Below, piece after piece: positions 27,525 to 37,266 of a stretch of DNA of 64,000 nt (the stretch's first letter is position 1; each line of letters opens with the position of its first letter). The position numbers and the translations under genes are program-made. The stretch is taken from assembly GCA_964513625.1 (NCBI GenBank), contig CAZENH010000002.1, positions 14,403 through 78,402 of the forward strand, given 5' to 3'. The DNA is from an uncultured Myxococcales bacterium (GTDB taxonomy: Bacteria > Myxococcota > B64-G9). The notes under the pieces were generated by a model. The model saw nothing but the letters and a program-made list of their open reading frames with translations. It did no database searches and had not been told where the DNA came from.

Positions 27525-29333
27525 ATGGTCTTGGCAAAAAAGTTGAAAGCCAAGCAAGATCGTATCGCACAGTGGTTTTTCGACACGCGCCCGATTCTGA
27601 ACCGCCTGCATCTGGGCCTGGAAGACATTGAGGTAGAGTGGCTGCGGGGAAAACCGGATCCAAAAGGCCCCCTCGAGATTTCTTTCCTCGATATCCGCAT
27701 GGAGCGGATGATGGCCATGACCGCGGCGGTTACCGCCCTGGGCACCAAACTTTACGGGCGCTTCGGCGAGGGAGATGGGCAGGACAAGTCCTACCTCAAC
27801 CAGGTTAAAAAAGACGCCGACGCCATTTCCGCCTACGCCATGAGTGAGAGCCTCTGGTTTGCATCACGATACCTACCGGAGAACCACGCCATCATGGTCA
27901 GCCTGGGCGAAGGGTTGATGCCAAAATCCGGCGAGACCCAGGAGATGGGTTCGAACCCACAGCTTGGATTCGGCCGCGTCTACGCCCGCCCTCAGGTCGC
28001 TCAGTGGCTGGATCAGCGAGTCACGCGCATGCTCAACGAGCCCGACTACCGTTTCGACCAGTTCTATGACGAAGTCAAAAGCGCCGGGTTGACGGTCTGG
28101 GGCGCCGCCATAGATACCTTGGAAAATACCTCGCGCTTTGCCATGGGCCGCGACACCGGCCCGATGACCGTACTGCATTTGTTCAACCAGCCCCTGTGCA
28201 TCTCGCGCCCATACGAGGGCTACATGGGCAGCCTGTTCTTGCCACGGGTAGTGGTTGAGAAAGCCACAGAGCGCTCTGTACTGCTCGATTACAGCTCTCC
28301 CCGCGCATTGGTAGTTGAAGCGATTGAAGCCGCCTATCCCGGTATCCAACGCGAGAATATACACGTCTGGACATTGCGGGGTCAGGGCCGTGTGGGCCGG
28401 ATCGGAAAACTCTGGGAAGAATGGGAGGCGTTGGGAGTACACCTGCTTGACGACGACTGGAAGATGCCCAGCGGAATGAAAGTCTTCACCGAGTCTGGCA
28501 CTTACGCTCCCAGCTACAGCGTGGGGAACTGGCAGGACGCCGACGGACACACCCATGTCTTCATTTGCGATGGATACGCGGCCTCGGCCGAGGCGATGCA
28601 GGCAGTCAGCCTGGCCCCCGTGCTGGGGCTGGATGCCTCGCTGGCTGTCTTCACCTCCCGCTTCGATCTGTCATACAGGCAAGAACAGGCGATCATGAGA
28701 CTGGATGCGGAAGCCGATGACTTTTCAGAGCGGCTCGAAGCTATAATTGGCAGCAAGCCGGACAATGCCACCAACGATCTGTACCGCCGTCTGATCCGCG
28801 AGGCCCGCGACGCCGGGATACAGGTTGGAAAAAGGGTCATTCGTGCCGAGGATTTCTTTCCCGAGAAACGCTGGGAGGTGATCTCTTTGGTGGGCTACAT
28901 GCAGCCCGACCCGTACACCGGGGCTCCGGGAGTGACGCAGCTGACCGCCAGCACATATCGAGTGACCGTACGCCTGGCCAGTCGCGGTGGCGACAAGCGC
29001 ATCAGCTTCACGCTCAGATTGATGGAACGTCCCCGGGAAGGGCGCCTGGTTTTCAACCCGCTGCTGATCCGCTTCATCTGGGGCGAAGACTTCCACACCC
29101 GGCCGGTAAAGATCTCGGACTCCGGCCGAATTCGGAACGAATTGCAGACGCTGTGTTCGGAGGCGCTGGAATACACTTCCAAGCAAACCATCCGGGTCAA
29201 CTTCGACCGAATCCCTCCCGAGGTGATTTCCCACGAGGGACAGGAAGTATTGCTGGAAGTGCTCCATTGGTACCAGGAGCATCATCCGATTTGGTTCAAG
29301 TGGCTCGAGATCGTCGATCCGAAAAAAGCTTGA
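27525..29333 (+). CDS. Hypothetical 602-aa protein with possible distant GlpX (class II FBPase) similarity
   Basis: GGGAGGG RBS. Weak pattern resemblance to GlpX (TAAVTALGTKLYGRFGEGDG…DADAISAYAM…IMVSLGEGL; later VFICDGYAASAEAM resembling VFAIPDGDVAAS). Cytoplasmic, with no signal peptide. Confidence 0.6.
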   Translation: MVLAKKLKAKQDRIAQWFFDTRPILNRLHLGLEDIEVEWLRGKPDPKGPLEISFLDIRMERMMAMTAAVTALGTKLYGRFGEGDGQDKSYLNQVKKDADAISAYAMSESLWFASRYLPENHAIMVSLGEGLMPKSGETQEMGSNPQLGFGRVYARPQVAQWLDQRVTRMLNEPDYRFDQFYDEVKSAGLTVWGAAIDTLENTSRFAMGRDTGPMTVLHLFNQPLCISRPYEGYMGSLFLPRVVVEKATERSVLLDYSSPRALVVEAIEAAYPGIQRENIHVWTLRGQGRVGRIGKLWEEWEALGVHLLDDDWKMPSGMKVFTESGTYAPSYSVGNWQDADGHTHVFICDGYAASAEAMQAVSLAPVLGLDASLAVFTSRFDLSYRQEQAIMRLDAEADDFSERLEAIIGSKPDNATNDLYRRLIREARDAGIQVGKRVIRAEDFFPEKRWEVISLVGYMQPDPYTGAPGVTQLTASTYRVTVRLASRGGDKRISFTLRLMERPREGRLVFNPLLIRFIWGEDFHTRPVKISDSGRIRNELQTLCSEALEYTSKQTIRVNFDRIPPEVISHEGQEVLLEVLHWYQEHHPIWFKWLEIVDPKKA

Positions 29334-29467
29334 AAACCCGCCTCGAGTATTTCGATTAGCTACAATGTAGGGAAACAACCGACCTGGACGACTTTTCGCG
29401 GTTGACTGATTTTCCTCAATTACACTAAAGTAAAAACAGAATCTCTTCTTATGGACTTTTCGAGGGC

Positions 29468-31498
29468 TTGTTCATGACCAGGCTAGCTGCAAACTGCGTT
29501 TGTGTTCTTTTTTTCGGGGCAATAAGTGCGGGATGCGGCAGTTCCATCGTCGGGTCCGACGACGCTCAGCCGCGTTGCAACTCCAGTTCGGACTGCGCTG
29601 CAGGTTACGTTTGCAGGGACGGCGAGTGCATCGTCGTGCCCGATTGCACAGATCTCGATCATGACGGTTTCTGCGACGTGCGCGAGGGTTGTGTCGAATG
29701 CACAGATTGCAACGACAACCGGCCCGATATTTTTCCCGGAGCCGACGAGAACTGTGACGGGGCCGACAACGATTGCGACGGTGATACCGACGAGGGCTGC
29801 CCCTGCAACAACGGTGAAGAAAAGCCTTGCGGCACCGAGGTCGGCATCTGTTCCAAGGGCATCTCTAGTTGCTCGGACGGCCAATGGGGCGAATGTCATG
29901 GCGGGCGGCAGCCCGAGAACGAAGAGAACTGTACCGACGACCTGGATAACGACTGCAACGGAGCCATAAACGACGGTTGTCCTTGCAACCAGGACGATTC
30001 GCGCTCCTGCGGATCGAGTCTCGGAGAGTGCACACCGGGCGTGCAGAACTGCGTTGACGAAGGTGGAGAGTGGCACTGGAGCGGTTGCCAGGGAGGGACA
30101 CCTTCGATCGACGAGGTATGTGATGACGGATTGGACAACGATTGTGACGGTTCCGTCGACAACGGTTGCCCTTGCGACGCCGACAAGCGCCCCTGCGGGC
30201 TCAACGTAGGCATTTGTTATGCCGGCATTCAGAATTGCCACCAGGGTACCTGGGGCGCCTGCGAGGGAGCAGGCATGCCCGAGGACGAAACCTGTGACGG
30301 GCTCGACAACGACTGCGATCACCTGACCGACGAGGGCTGCGAATGTCTCGACGGTGTATTCGAGTCCTGCGGCGACGACACCGGAGAGTGCCGGGTCGGC
30401 ACCCGGACCTGCGCCAAGGGTCACTGGGGGCCGTGCCAGGGAGCCCAGGGCCCGGTCAACGAATTGTGTGACGGAAAGGACAACGACTGCGACGGGCAGA
30501 TCGACGAAGACTTTCTCGATCTTTTGGAAGGCTGCCAGGTAGGCCTGGGAGTCTGCGCCCGGCCGGGCGTCATGGTCTGCACGCCGGACGGGAGCACAAC
30601 GGAGTGTTCGCAGAAACAACCGGGGCAAGGTTTTGCCGAGGCCTGCGACGGCCTTGACAACGACTGCGACGGCGAGACGGACGAAGATTTCCCGGGCGTC
30701 GGGACAACCTGTTCCAAGGGGCAGGGCCCTTGTTATGCCGAGGGCGTCATGGTCTGCAGCCCAGGAGGCGGCAATCTGGTTTGCAACGCTGAGGATATTC
30801 CGCCCAGCGCCGAACTGTGCGACGGCATCGACAACAACTGCGATCTGAACGTGGATGAGAACTTTCCCTATGTCGGCCTGCCCTGCAGCGTCGGAGTCGG
30901 CGAGTGCTTCACCCAGGGTCACTACGTATGCTCGGCCGACGGCACCCAGCAGGTATGCGACGCCGTCGCCCCTGCCGGTAGCGCCGAAGATTGCGACGGG
31001 CTGGACAACGACTGCGACGGGCGCACGGACGAGGACTGGATCGAGCCCTGCACCGGCCCCTGCGGAGACACCGGATACCGGATCTGCGTCTTGGGCTCTC
31101 CCAGCCAGTGTTACGCGCACCAGCCCGAGACGGAAATCTGCGACTACTACGACAATAACTGCGACGGCAACACCGACGAGGGTTTCAGCGGCCTGGGTAA
31201 CAACTGTGAGGCGGGCCAAGGAGGCTGCCTGAGCCGCGGTTACATCGTCTGCACCGACAACGGCACAGGCACGCGCTGCAACGCCGTGGCCGGGCGGCCC
31301 CAGACGGAGGCTTGCAACGATGGTGTCGATAACGACTGTGACAACGACACCGACGGTGACGACAGCGATTGCAGTTGCCGCAACCTGGCAATGAAAGACC
31401 TGGCACCGTTGCACCTGGTAGGGGGCGGGCTGGGAATGGTCGTCTTCGGCAGGCGCCGAAAGCGCCGTCGCGGGAGAAAGAAGGAGTGCCGGTCATGA
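29468..31498 (+). CDS. MopE-type Cys-rich repeat lipoprotein (CDGxDNDCDGxxDE repeats) with CSC-hydrophobic-basic C-terminal tail
   Basis: Lipoprotein signal (…FFGAISAGCGSS). At least 10 repeats of C-D-G-x-D-N-D-C-D-G-x-x-D-E. Tail …CSCRNL…GLGMVVFGRRRKRRRGRKK. The antisense 643-aa ORF is a GC-rich shadow. Confidence 0.8.
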   Translation: MFMTRLAANCVCVLFFGAISAGCGSSIVGSDDAQPRCNSSSDCAAGYVCRDGECIVVPDCTDLDHDGFCDVREGCVECTDCNDNRPDIFPGADENCDGADNDCDGDTDEGCPCNNGEEKPCGTEVGICSKGISSCSDGQWGECHGGRQPENEENCTDDLDNDCNGAINDGCPCNQDDSRSCGSSLGECTPGVQNCVDEGGEWHWSGCQGGTPSIDEVCDDGLDNDCDGSVDNGCPCDADKRPCGLNVGICYAGIQNCHQGTWGACEGAGMPEDETCDGLDNDCDHLTDEGCECLDGVFESCGDDTGECRVGTRTCAKGHWGPCQGAQGPVNELCDGKDNDCDGQIDEDFLDLLEGCQVGLGVCARPGVMVCTPDGSTTECSQKQPGQGFAEACDGLDNDCDGETDEDFPGVGTTCSKGQGPCYAEGVMVCSPGGGNLVCNAEDIPPSAELCDGIDNNCDLNVDENFPYVGLPCSVGVGECFTQGHYVCSADGTQQVCDAVAPAGSAEDCDGLDNDCDGRTDEDWIEPCTGPCGDTGYRICVLGSPSQCYAHQPETEICDYYDNNCDGNTDEGFSGLGNNCEAGQGGCLSRGYIVCTDNGTGTRCNAVAGRPQTEACNDGVDNDCDNDTDGDDSDCSCRNLAMKDLAPLHLVGGGLGMVVFGRRRKRRRGRKKECRS

Positions 31499-34125
31499 AA
31501 AGGCTAAAGGCGATTCTGCCGGCCGTTGTGCTGGCTTTTTGCGTGCTTTGCGCCGCCAGACCTGCAATAGCACAGCCTGCCTGCGAGAAGCCCAACATGA
31601 TGATCGTCCTCGATCGCTCGGGCAGCATGCAGGGCACCAAGTGGACCCAGGCCCAAAACGCCGTGCAGTTTGTGCTTAACAACTACGGTAACAAATTGCG
31701 CTTCGGGCTCGACATGTTCCCTTCGGACAACGACTGCGGCGCCGGTAGCATTCAGGTCGACGTGGGTGATAATACCGCGGCCGCAATCACCAGTGCCATG
31801 AGTTCGGCCGGGGCGGACGGCAATACACCGATGGCGGCTACATTAATGGGACTCAATCAGTACCGCCTTCTGAAAGATCCCGACCGGCGTAACTTCGTCA
31901 TGCTGGTAAGCGACGGTGACGACACCTGCGCCGACAACTCGAGCAGCGACCCGGTTGCCGCTACCCAGGATCTCTACACCACCGGCATCAGGACGTTCGT
32001 GATCGGCTTCGGCAGCGGGGCGAACCCGACGGTGCTCAACAACATCGCGTCCGCCGGGCATACCGGCGGCTACCACCAGGCCGACAACCAGGCCGACCTG
32101 CAGAATGCAATGGACCAGATCATTAACGAGGCGCTGGTGGAATTGTGCGACGACAAGGACAACGATTGCGACGCTCAGATCGACGAGGATTGGCCCTTGA
32201 AGGGCACGCCCTGCGAGATCGTCCAGGGCGGTTGCACCGGCCAGGGCGTCTACGTCTGCAACGCCAGCCAGGACGGCGTCATATGCAATGCCCAGATCGT
32301 GGCTACGCCCGAGGTTTGCGACGGGCTGGACAACGACTGCGACGGCACCGTGGACAACGGCTTTCCCGACCAGGACGGCGACGGTTACAACCAGTGTTCC
32401 GACTGTTGCGATACCGGCAACGAGTCGATGTCCGGTTGTTCGGCGGCCACGGCCTCGGCCATAAATCCAGGGGCCACCGAGGTATGCAACGGCTGGGACG
32501 ACAACTGCAACCTGTCGGTTGACGAGAGTTTCCCGGGCATGGGAGACGACTGCGGCGTCGACAGCGGGGGAGAACAACCCCCTTATTACACCGACGAGGG
32601 AGAGTGCCGGCCGGGTGACAAGATGTGCATCGGAGGTTCGATCGAATGCATCGGCGAGGTGAATCCCATGCCGGAGATCAACTGCGACGGGCTGGACAAC
32701 GACTGCGACGGCGTTACCGATATGATCGGAGTCGAGATATGCGACGACGGCATCGATAACGACTGCGACGGCTTGACCGATCTCTGGGACGACGACTGCG
32801 GCAGTTGTTTTCCCGGGCAGCAGAAGCAGTGTGGAACCTCTGAGGGCGACTGTGAGATGGGTGTGTCGATCTGCGACCAGGACGGCGTATGGGGCCCGTG
32901 CGAAGGCGGTTACCAGGGTTCGGAAGAAGTCTGCGACGGGCGCGACAACGACTGCGACGGCTTGACGGACGAGAATGCCACGCAGGAGATCTGCGACGAC
33001 GGCATCGACAACGACTGCGACGGATTGACGGACGGCCAGGACGACGAGTGCGGCGAGTGCAACCCGGGTGACAGCAAGGAGTGCGGTGTGGATACCGGCG
33101 AGTGCAGAAAAGGCACCCAGGTATGCACACCCCAGGGACGTTGGTCGGACTGCGCGGGCGAAATCAGACCTGAGCCAGAGATGTGCAACTCGCTGGACGA
33201 CGATTGCGACGGAATCACCGACGAAGGCAGCCTTTGCCAGGGTTATGACATCTGCCTGTGCGGAGAATGCGCTTCGCCCTGCAGCTCGGGCGAATGCCCG
33301 GCCGGCAGCCTGACCTGTCTCGACGGCTGGTGCGTATCCGATGCCTGCTGCGGTGTGCATTGTCAGGCCGGAAAGGAATGCAATTCGCACGGCGTTTGCA
33401 TCGACGTCTGCATCGAGCAACAGATTGAATGCCAGCCGGAGGAAGATTGCCGCATGGGAATCTGCGTGCCGGCGGATTGCTTCACCCCCGGGCACGAGTG
33501 CCAGGCGGGCGATCACTGCATCGAGGGCGCCTGTGTGCCCGACCCATGCAGCGGCATCGACTGCGATGCGCAGTCATGGTGCCACGAAGGGGATTGTCTG
33601 CCGATAGCCTGTGCGGATTGCAGTCCCGATCAAGTATGCGCGGAAGGCGCCTGTGTCGATAGCCTGTGCGCCGGGCGTAACTGCCAGGCCGGGCAGGTGT
33701 GCATTGATGGAGATTGCGCCCTGGATCCCTGCCAGGGGGTTTACTGCCCGGTGGGGACCGTTTGCAGCGATGGAAGCTGCGCAGGCGATTCCTGCCAGGG
33801 CGTCGAGTGCCCGGACGGCAGCGAATGCAGCCAGGGCTACTGCGTCGCCCTGGAGGAAGAGCCGGATGGAGGCGTGGACGCTGGAACGGATGCCGGAGCC
33901 GACGCCGGTAATGACGCGGGAGCGGATCAAGGCGGCAATTCGGACGAAGGGCCGCCGCTGGACGGGGGAGCCGATACGGGCCCTGCCTCTGATTCGGGCG
34001 GTCCGGGATCGGAAGGCTGCGGTTGCTCGCACGGCCGGCGCGGCAGCGGGGCAGGCTTGCTGCTGGTGCTTCTTCTTCTAGCGGGAACGCAGAGAAAACG
34101 AGACTTCAGGCTTCCTCGGCCTTGA
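31495..34125 (+). CDS. Secreted VWA-domain protein with MopE-type Cys repeats and MYXO-CTERM-like tail
   Basis: ATGA overlap with the upstream gene. Signal peptide MKRLKAILPAVVLAFCVLCAARPAIA. VWA MIDAS motif MIVLDRSGSM. Multiple CDGLDNDCDG repeats. Tail GCGCSHGRRGSGAGLLLVLLLLAGTQRKRD. Confidence 0.8.
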   Translation: MKRLKAILPAVVLAFCVLCAARPAIAQPACEKPNMMIVLDRSGSMQGTKWTQAQNAVQFVLNNYGNKLRFGLDMFPSDNDCGAGSIQVDVGDNTAAAITSAMSSAGADGNTPMAATLMGLNQYRLLKDPDRRNFVMLVSDGDDTCADNSSSDPVAATQDLYTTGIRTFVIGFGSGANPTVLNNIASAGHTGGYHQADNQADLQNAMDQIINEALVELCDDKDNDCDAQIDEDWPLKGTPCEIVQGGCTGQGVYVCNASQDGVICNAQIVATPEVCDGLDNDCDGTVDNGFPDQDGDGYNQCSDCCDTGNESMSGCSAATASAINPGATEVCNGWDDNCNLSVDESFPGMGDDCGVDSGGEQPPYYTDEGECRPGDKMCIGGSIECIGEVNPMPEINCDGLDNDCDGVTDMIGVEICDDGIDNDCDGLTDLWDDDCGSCFPGQQKQCGTSEGDCEMGVSICDQDGVWGPCEGGYQGSEEVCDGRDNDCDGLTDENATQEICDDGIDNDCDGLTDGQDDECGECNPGDSKECGVDTGECRKGTQVCTPQGRWSDCAGEIRPEPEMCNSLDDDCDGITDEGSLCQGYDICLCGECASPCSSGECPAGSLTCLDGWCVSDACCGVHCQAGKECNSHGVCIDVCIEQQIECQPEEDCRMGICVPADCFTPGHECQAGDHCIEGACVPDPCSGIDCDAQSWCHEGDCLPIACADCSPDQVCAEGACVDSLCAGRNCQAGQVCIDGDCALDPCQGVYCPVGTVCSDGSCAGDSCQGVECPDGSECSQGYCVALEEEPDGGVDAGTDAGADAGNDAGADQGGNSDEGPPLDGGADTGPASDSGGPGSEGCGCSHGRRGSGAGLLLVLLLLAGTQRKRDFRLPRP

Positions 34126-34672
34126 GACGCTTCAGCAACTCGACGAAACCGTGCGGCGAGAAGAACATGTAATCGCAGTCGCCGAAAGAAACGATATTGC
34201 CGTCGCGGATGTAGACCGGTTCTCCCGATTCGACACCCTGGCCGTTTAGGAAAGTTCCGTTGGTCGAACCCGCATCGCCAAGCTTGTAGGCCTTCTTTTC
34301 ATCGTCCAGCATCAAAAAAGCATGGCGTTTGGAAACTGTCGAATGATCGATCGAGAAATCACGCTCGGTGCTGCGCCCGACCAGCAGCTTGGCCGGATAA
34401 TTCGAACCGAGTGACGCATTAGGCGGCAACACCTTGAATTGCTTGATTTCTTTGCCGCTTCCGGCGATATGCGCACCCTCTCCCCGATCGGCCATGCGCG
34501 TATGGTAGGTCGAGAAACCGCCCGCGGCGTGCTTCTCGGGGTAAAGCAAAAAGGGGTGATTGAAGCGTCCAAGAAACGCCTCTTCGCCCTCGCTCATAAA
34601 AAATTCCAGATAATGCTGGACGATTTCCATGGTGATCGCTCTCCAAGGCACTTGAGATGGCAACATCTCCAC
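34106..34672 (-). CDS. FHA-domain protein
   Basis: C-terminal FHA signature (…KLGDAGSTNGTFLNGQGVESGEPVYIRDGNIVSFGDCDY). The start is ambiguous (M1, M15 or M26). Confidence 0.6.
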   Translation of the reverse strand: MEMLPSQVPWRAITMEIVQHYLEFFMSEGEEAFLGRFNHPFLLYPEKHAAGGFSTYHTRMADRGEGAHIAGSGKEIKQFKVLPPNASLGSNYPAKLLVGRSTERDFSIDHSTVSKRHAFLMLDDEKKAYKLGDAGSTNGTFLNGQGVESGEPVYIRDGNIVSFGDCDYMFFSPHGFVELLKRLKAEEA

Positions 34673-34822
34673 AATTGAGCCAACTAATTGCTATGGCGTC
34701 AACGACAACAAGTATCGGCCTTGTCCCGCGCATTTTGCGGGGCTTGACCATGCGACAACAGCAAAAGACTATCGCAGGACGCGGGCGGCAATCAATATAT
34801 TATTTTCCGCGCACGGCTGCCG

Positions 34823-34850
34823 TTGACAGGCACGGGTGCGAGGGTATAAT
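34823..34850 (+). promoter_or_regulatory. Near-consensus sigma-70 promoter (TTGACA-16 bp-TATAAT) upstream of DUF4177-def-epmA
   Basis: TTGACA at 34823-34828 and TATAAT at 34845-34850. GGGGAG RBS, then ATG at 34882. Confidence 0.5.
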
Positions 34851-34881
34851 TCAGTCTGTGTGCCGCCATGGGGAGCCAAAG

Positions 34882-35079
34882 ATGTTGAAATACAAGGTAG
34901 TAGAAATAAGCGTGGTCACCGACGAGGATCTCGAGAAGGTTATCAACGAGTGGGTTTCACAAGGCTGGATCTTTGACGGAATTCAGTTCGCCATGCGTGA
35001 CTCGTCCAAGAGACCAGCCATGGCCTTCGTTCTCTTCACTCGCAGCGATCTCAATTCCGATCAACAAGAGGGCGCGTAA
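34882..35079 (+). CDS. DUF4177-like small protein
   Basis: 65-aa ORF MLKYKVVEISVVTDEDLEKVINEWVSQGWIFDGIQF… directly upstream of def. Start chosen at the internal ATG after the RBS. Confidence 0.5.
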   Translation: MLKYKVVEISVVTDEDLEKVINEWVSQGWIFDGIQFAMRDSSKRPAMAFVLFTRSDLNSDQQEGA

Positions 35080-35080
35080 C

Positions 35081-35614
35081 ATGGCGATTCTACAGGTTGC
35101 GGGCCTGGGTCAAGCGGTCTTGCGCCGTAAGGCTGTAAAGGTCGATCCGGCCGTAATTGAAACTCCCGCTTTTCAGGAATTCGCAAACTGCCTGCTAGAG
35201 AGCATGATGTTTCACCAGGGTGTGGGTCTGGCCGCTCCCCAGGTGTTTCAGTCAATCAGGGTATTTGCTTTCTGGGTGCCGCCCGAACTGGATGAGGGCA
35301 ATGAAGGTGTCGAACCTATGGTACTCGTGAATCCCGAACTGGAAGAGATGTCCGCCGAAACCGAAGAAGGCTGGGAAGGCTGCCTGTCACTGAGAGATCT
35401 TCGCGGTGTTGTTCCGCGACATACCTCGTTGCTCTTGCGTGCGCTAGATATCAAAGGAAAACCGATTGAAAAGCGTTATCAGGGTTATCCGGCCAGGGTG
35501 CTGCAACATGAATTCGATCACCTGAACGGGATTGTCTTCGTCGATCGCATGCCGGATCTTTCCAGCCTGGGCTTCGAAAGAGAAATCACCCGTGGTGCAG
35601 AGGATGATGACTGA
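35081..35614 (+). CDS. def: Peptide deformylase
   Basis: Motifs GVGLAAPQV, EGCLS and QHEFDHLNG. Confidence 0.9.
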   Translation: MAILQVAGLGQAVLRRKAVKVDPAVIETPAFQEFANCLLESMMFHQGVGLAAPQVFQSIRVFAFWVPPELDEGNEGVEPMVLVNPELEEMSAETEEGWEGCLSLRDLRGVVPRHTSLLLRALDIKGKPIEKRYQGYPARVLQHEFDHLNGIVFVDRMPDLSSLGFEREITRGAEDDD

Positions 35615-36638
35615 AAGCGGCGCCTCTTTTGCCCGCCGCGTGCGCGACGATCCCGGTCTGATCGATACCCTGCACGCGCGTGCCCGCATCCTTGCGGCGA
35701 TACGATCTTTCTTCGCTTCCCGCGACTTCGTCGAAGTGACTACTCCCTGCCTGGCGCTGACGGCGGATCCGGCCCTGCATCTCGACAGTTTCAGCACCAG
35801 ACTTCGACTCGCAGGCGCGCCTGACAGGACGCTTTTCCTGCCCACCTCGCCCGAGTTCCACATGAAGCGCATGCTGACGGGAGGAATGGAACGCATCTTC
35901 CAGATCGGCCCGTTTTTCAGGAACGCTGAACTGACGACGCAGCATAACCCGGAGTTTACCGGCCTCGAGTGGTACCAGGTTGGCTGCACCGTCGAACAAA
36001 TGATGGACTTTACCGAAGATCTCGTTCGTATGGTCGCCAAGATTGCTTCGTCTGGCCAATTTTCGAATGCGGCCTTCGGGCGTTACACAGTGCTTGGTGC
36101 AATATGCGAACTTGGCGGGATCGAACTGCCCGAGGATTTCAACGAGAACGAAACCCGCGCCGTTCTCGATCGCGCCGGGGTAACGACGGCGCCCGATGAC
36201 AGTCTCGACGATCTGATTAACCGGGTATTGATCGAACGTGTGGAGGATAAGCTCAAGGCCATCGGTCCTGTTTTCCTGTGCGATTATCCGGCGCAAATGG
36301 CAGCACTGGCCAGGCTGAAACGCAATCAGCCGTGGTTGGCGGAGAGGTTCGAGCTGTATGCGGGCGGGTTGGAACTATGTAACGGCTACGGCGAGTTGAC
36401 CGACGCACGCGAACAGCGCGACAGGTTCGACGTGCAACGTGCCGCAAGGAGCAGGTTAGGACGACAAGTGCCCGATCTGGACGAGAGATTTCTGGCGGCC
36501 TTGGAAGAAGGATTGCCGCAATGTTCAGGTTGCGCGCTGGGCGTCGACAGACTGGTGATGTTTGTGTGCGCCAAAGAATCGATTGAGCAGGTAATGGCCT
36601 TTCCGCTGGCCCGGGAACTGGATCTCAGCGACTCTTGA
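35604..36638 (+). CDS. epmA: EF-P lysine aminoacylase (class II LysRS paralog, EpmA/PoxA/GenX-like)
   Basis: Class II aaRS core motifs (LPTSPEFHMKRML, RIFQIGPFFRNAE, ELCNGYGEL, GCALGVDRL). ~345 aa with no anticodon-binding domain. Confidence 0.75.
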   Translation: MMTESGASFARRVRDDPGLIDTLHARARILAAIRSFFASRDFVEVTTPCLALTADPALHLDSFSTRLRLAGAPDRTLFLPTSPEFHMKRMLTGGMERIFQIGPFFRNAELTTQHNPEFTGLEWYQVGCTVEQMMDFTEDLVRMVAKIASSGQFSNAAFGRYTVLGAICELGGIELPEDFNENETRAVLDRAGVTTAPDDSLDDLINRVLIERVEDKLKAIGPVFLCDYPAQMAALARLKRNQPWLAERFELYAGGLELCNGYGELTDAREQRDRFDVQRAARSRLGRQVPDLDERFLAALEEGLPQCSGCALGVDRLVMFVCAKESIEQVMAFPLARELDLSDS

Positions 36639-37215
36639 GCTGAATATCCAGACTGCCCTCTACCGGCTGGTTGCTGGTCAGCGAAAACTTCGTAAAAGTT
36701 ACGCCTCCGCCCACGATGTCGGCGGTCGTGTGCCGGCTTGTCTCATAACCATCGTTGTCTATGTCAATCAGATCGAATGTACCGTCGGCCACGCCTGTTG
36801 CGCCGAATTTCACCTCCTGGTTCAGAGGCGGATCGGTCGGCAATTCGAAAGACAGGCCGTTCAGCAGGTTCGATGTCAGCACGCCGTATATTTCCAATGT
36901 CACTATTCCCTGACCGGAGTCGAACTGAACCTGGCCGCCGATGTTCATGAAAAAACCCTTACCGTCCAGCTTTCCGCTGACGTCAACGTTGCCGGTATTC
37001 GAGTTCATGCGCAGCTCAAATGTGCCGGTGGCCCGGTTGGCGTCCGGATCGATGAAAAGACATGTTCCGTCGGGTTGGCACGTCTTGGGAGCCGTACAAT
37101 CATCGTTGCTTGTGCACTCGGGTCCGGAATCCTGACTGCTTGATCCTTCGTTGAGACAGCCTTGGAATATAAACATAAGAGTTATGAGCAAATAAGAGTT
37201 TCTGTATACTTTCAT
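36625..37215 (-). CDS. Hypothetical lipoprotein
   Basis: Signal plus lipobox MKVYRNSYLLITLMFIFQGC. Last gene of the minus-strand operon. Confidence 0.5.
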   Translation of the reverse strand: MKVYRNSYLLITLMFIFQGCLNEGSSSQDSGPECTSNDDCTAPKTCQPDGTCLFIDPDANRATGTFELRMNSNTGNVDVSGKLDGKGFFMNIGGQVQFDSGQGIVTLEIYGVLTSNLLNGLSFELPTDPPLNQEVKFGATGVADGTFDLIDIDNDGYETSRHTTADIVGGGVTFTKFSLTSNQPVEGSLDIQLKSR

Positions 37216-37266
37216 GTAGACCTATCCTCCCTGTTCATCGACAATGCCACTCTACCAGTTCGGGCA

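Noticed and set aside
27525-29333. Calling this gene glpX outright
   Set aside because: The similarity to GlpX is patchy and the protein is nearly twice the size. It is kept as a hypothesis only.
29483-31414. 643-aa minus-strand ORF antisense to the MopE-repeat gene, and similarly 31843..33516 (557 aa) antisense to the VWA-MopE gene
   Set aside because: Both are Val/Ala/Gly-rich translations of the reverse complement of GAC/GGC-rich Cys-repeat coding sequence. They have no signal or domain, whereas the plus-strand products have signal peptides, repeats and sorting tails.
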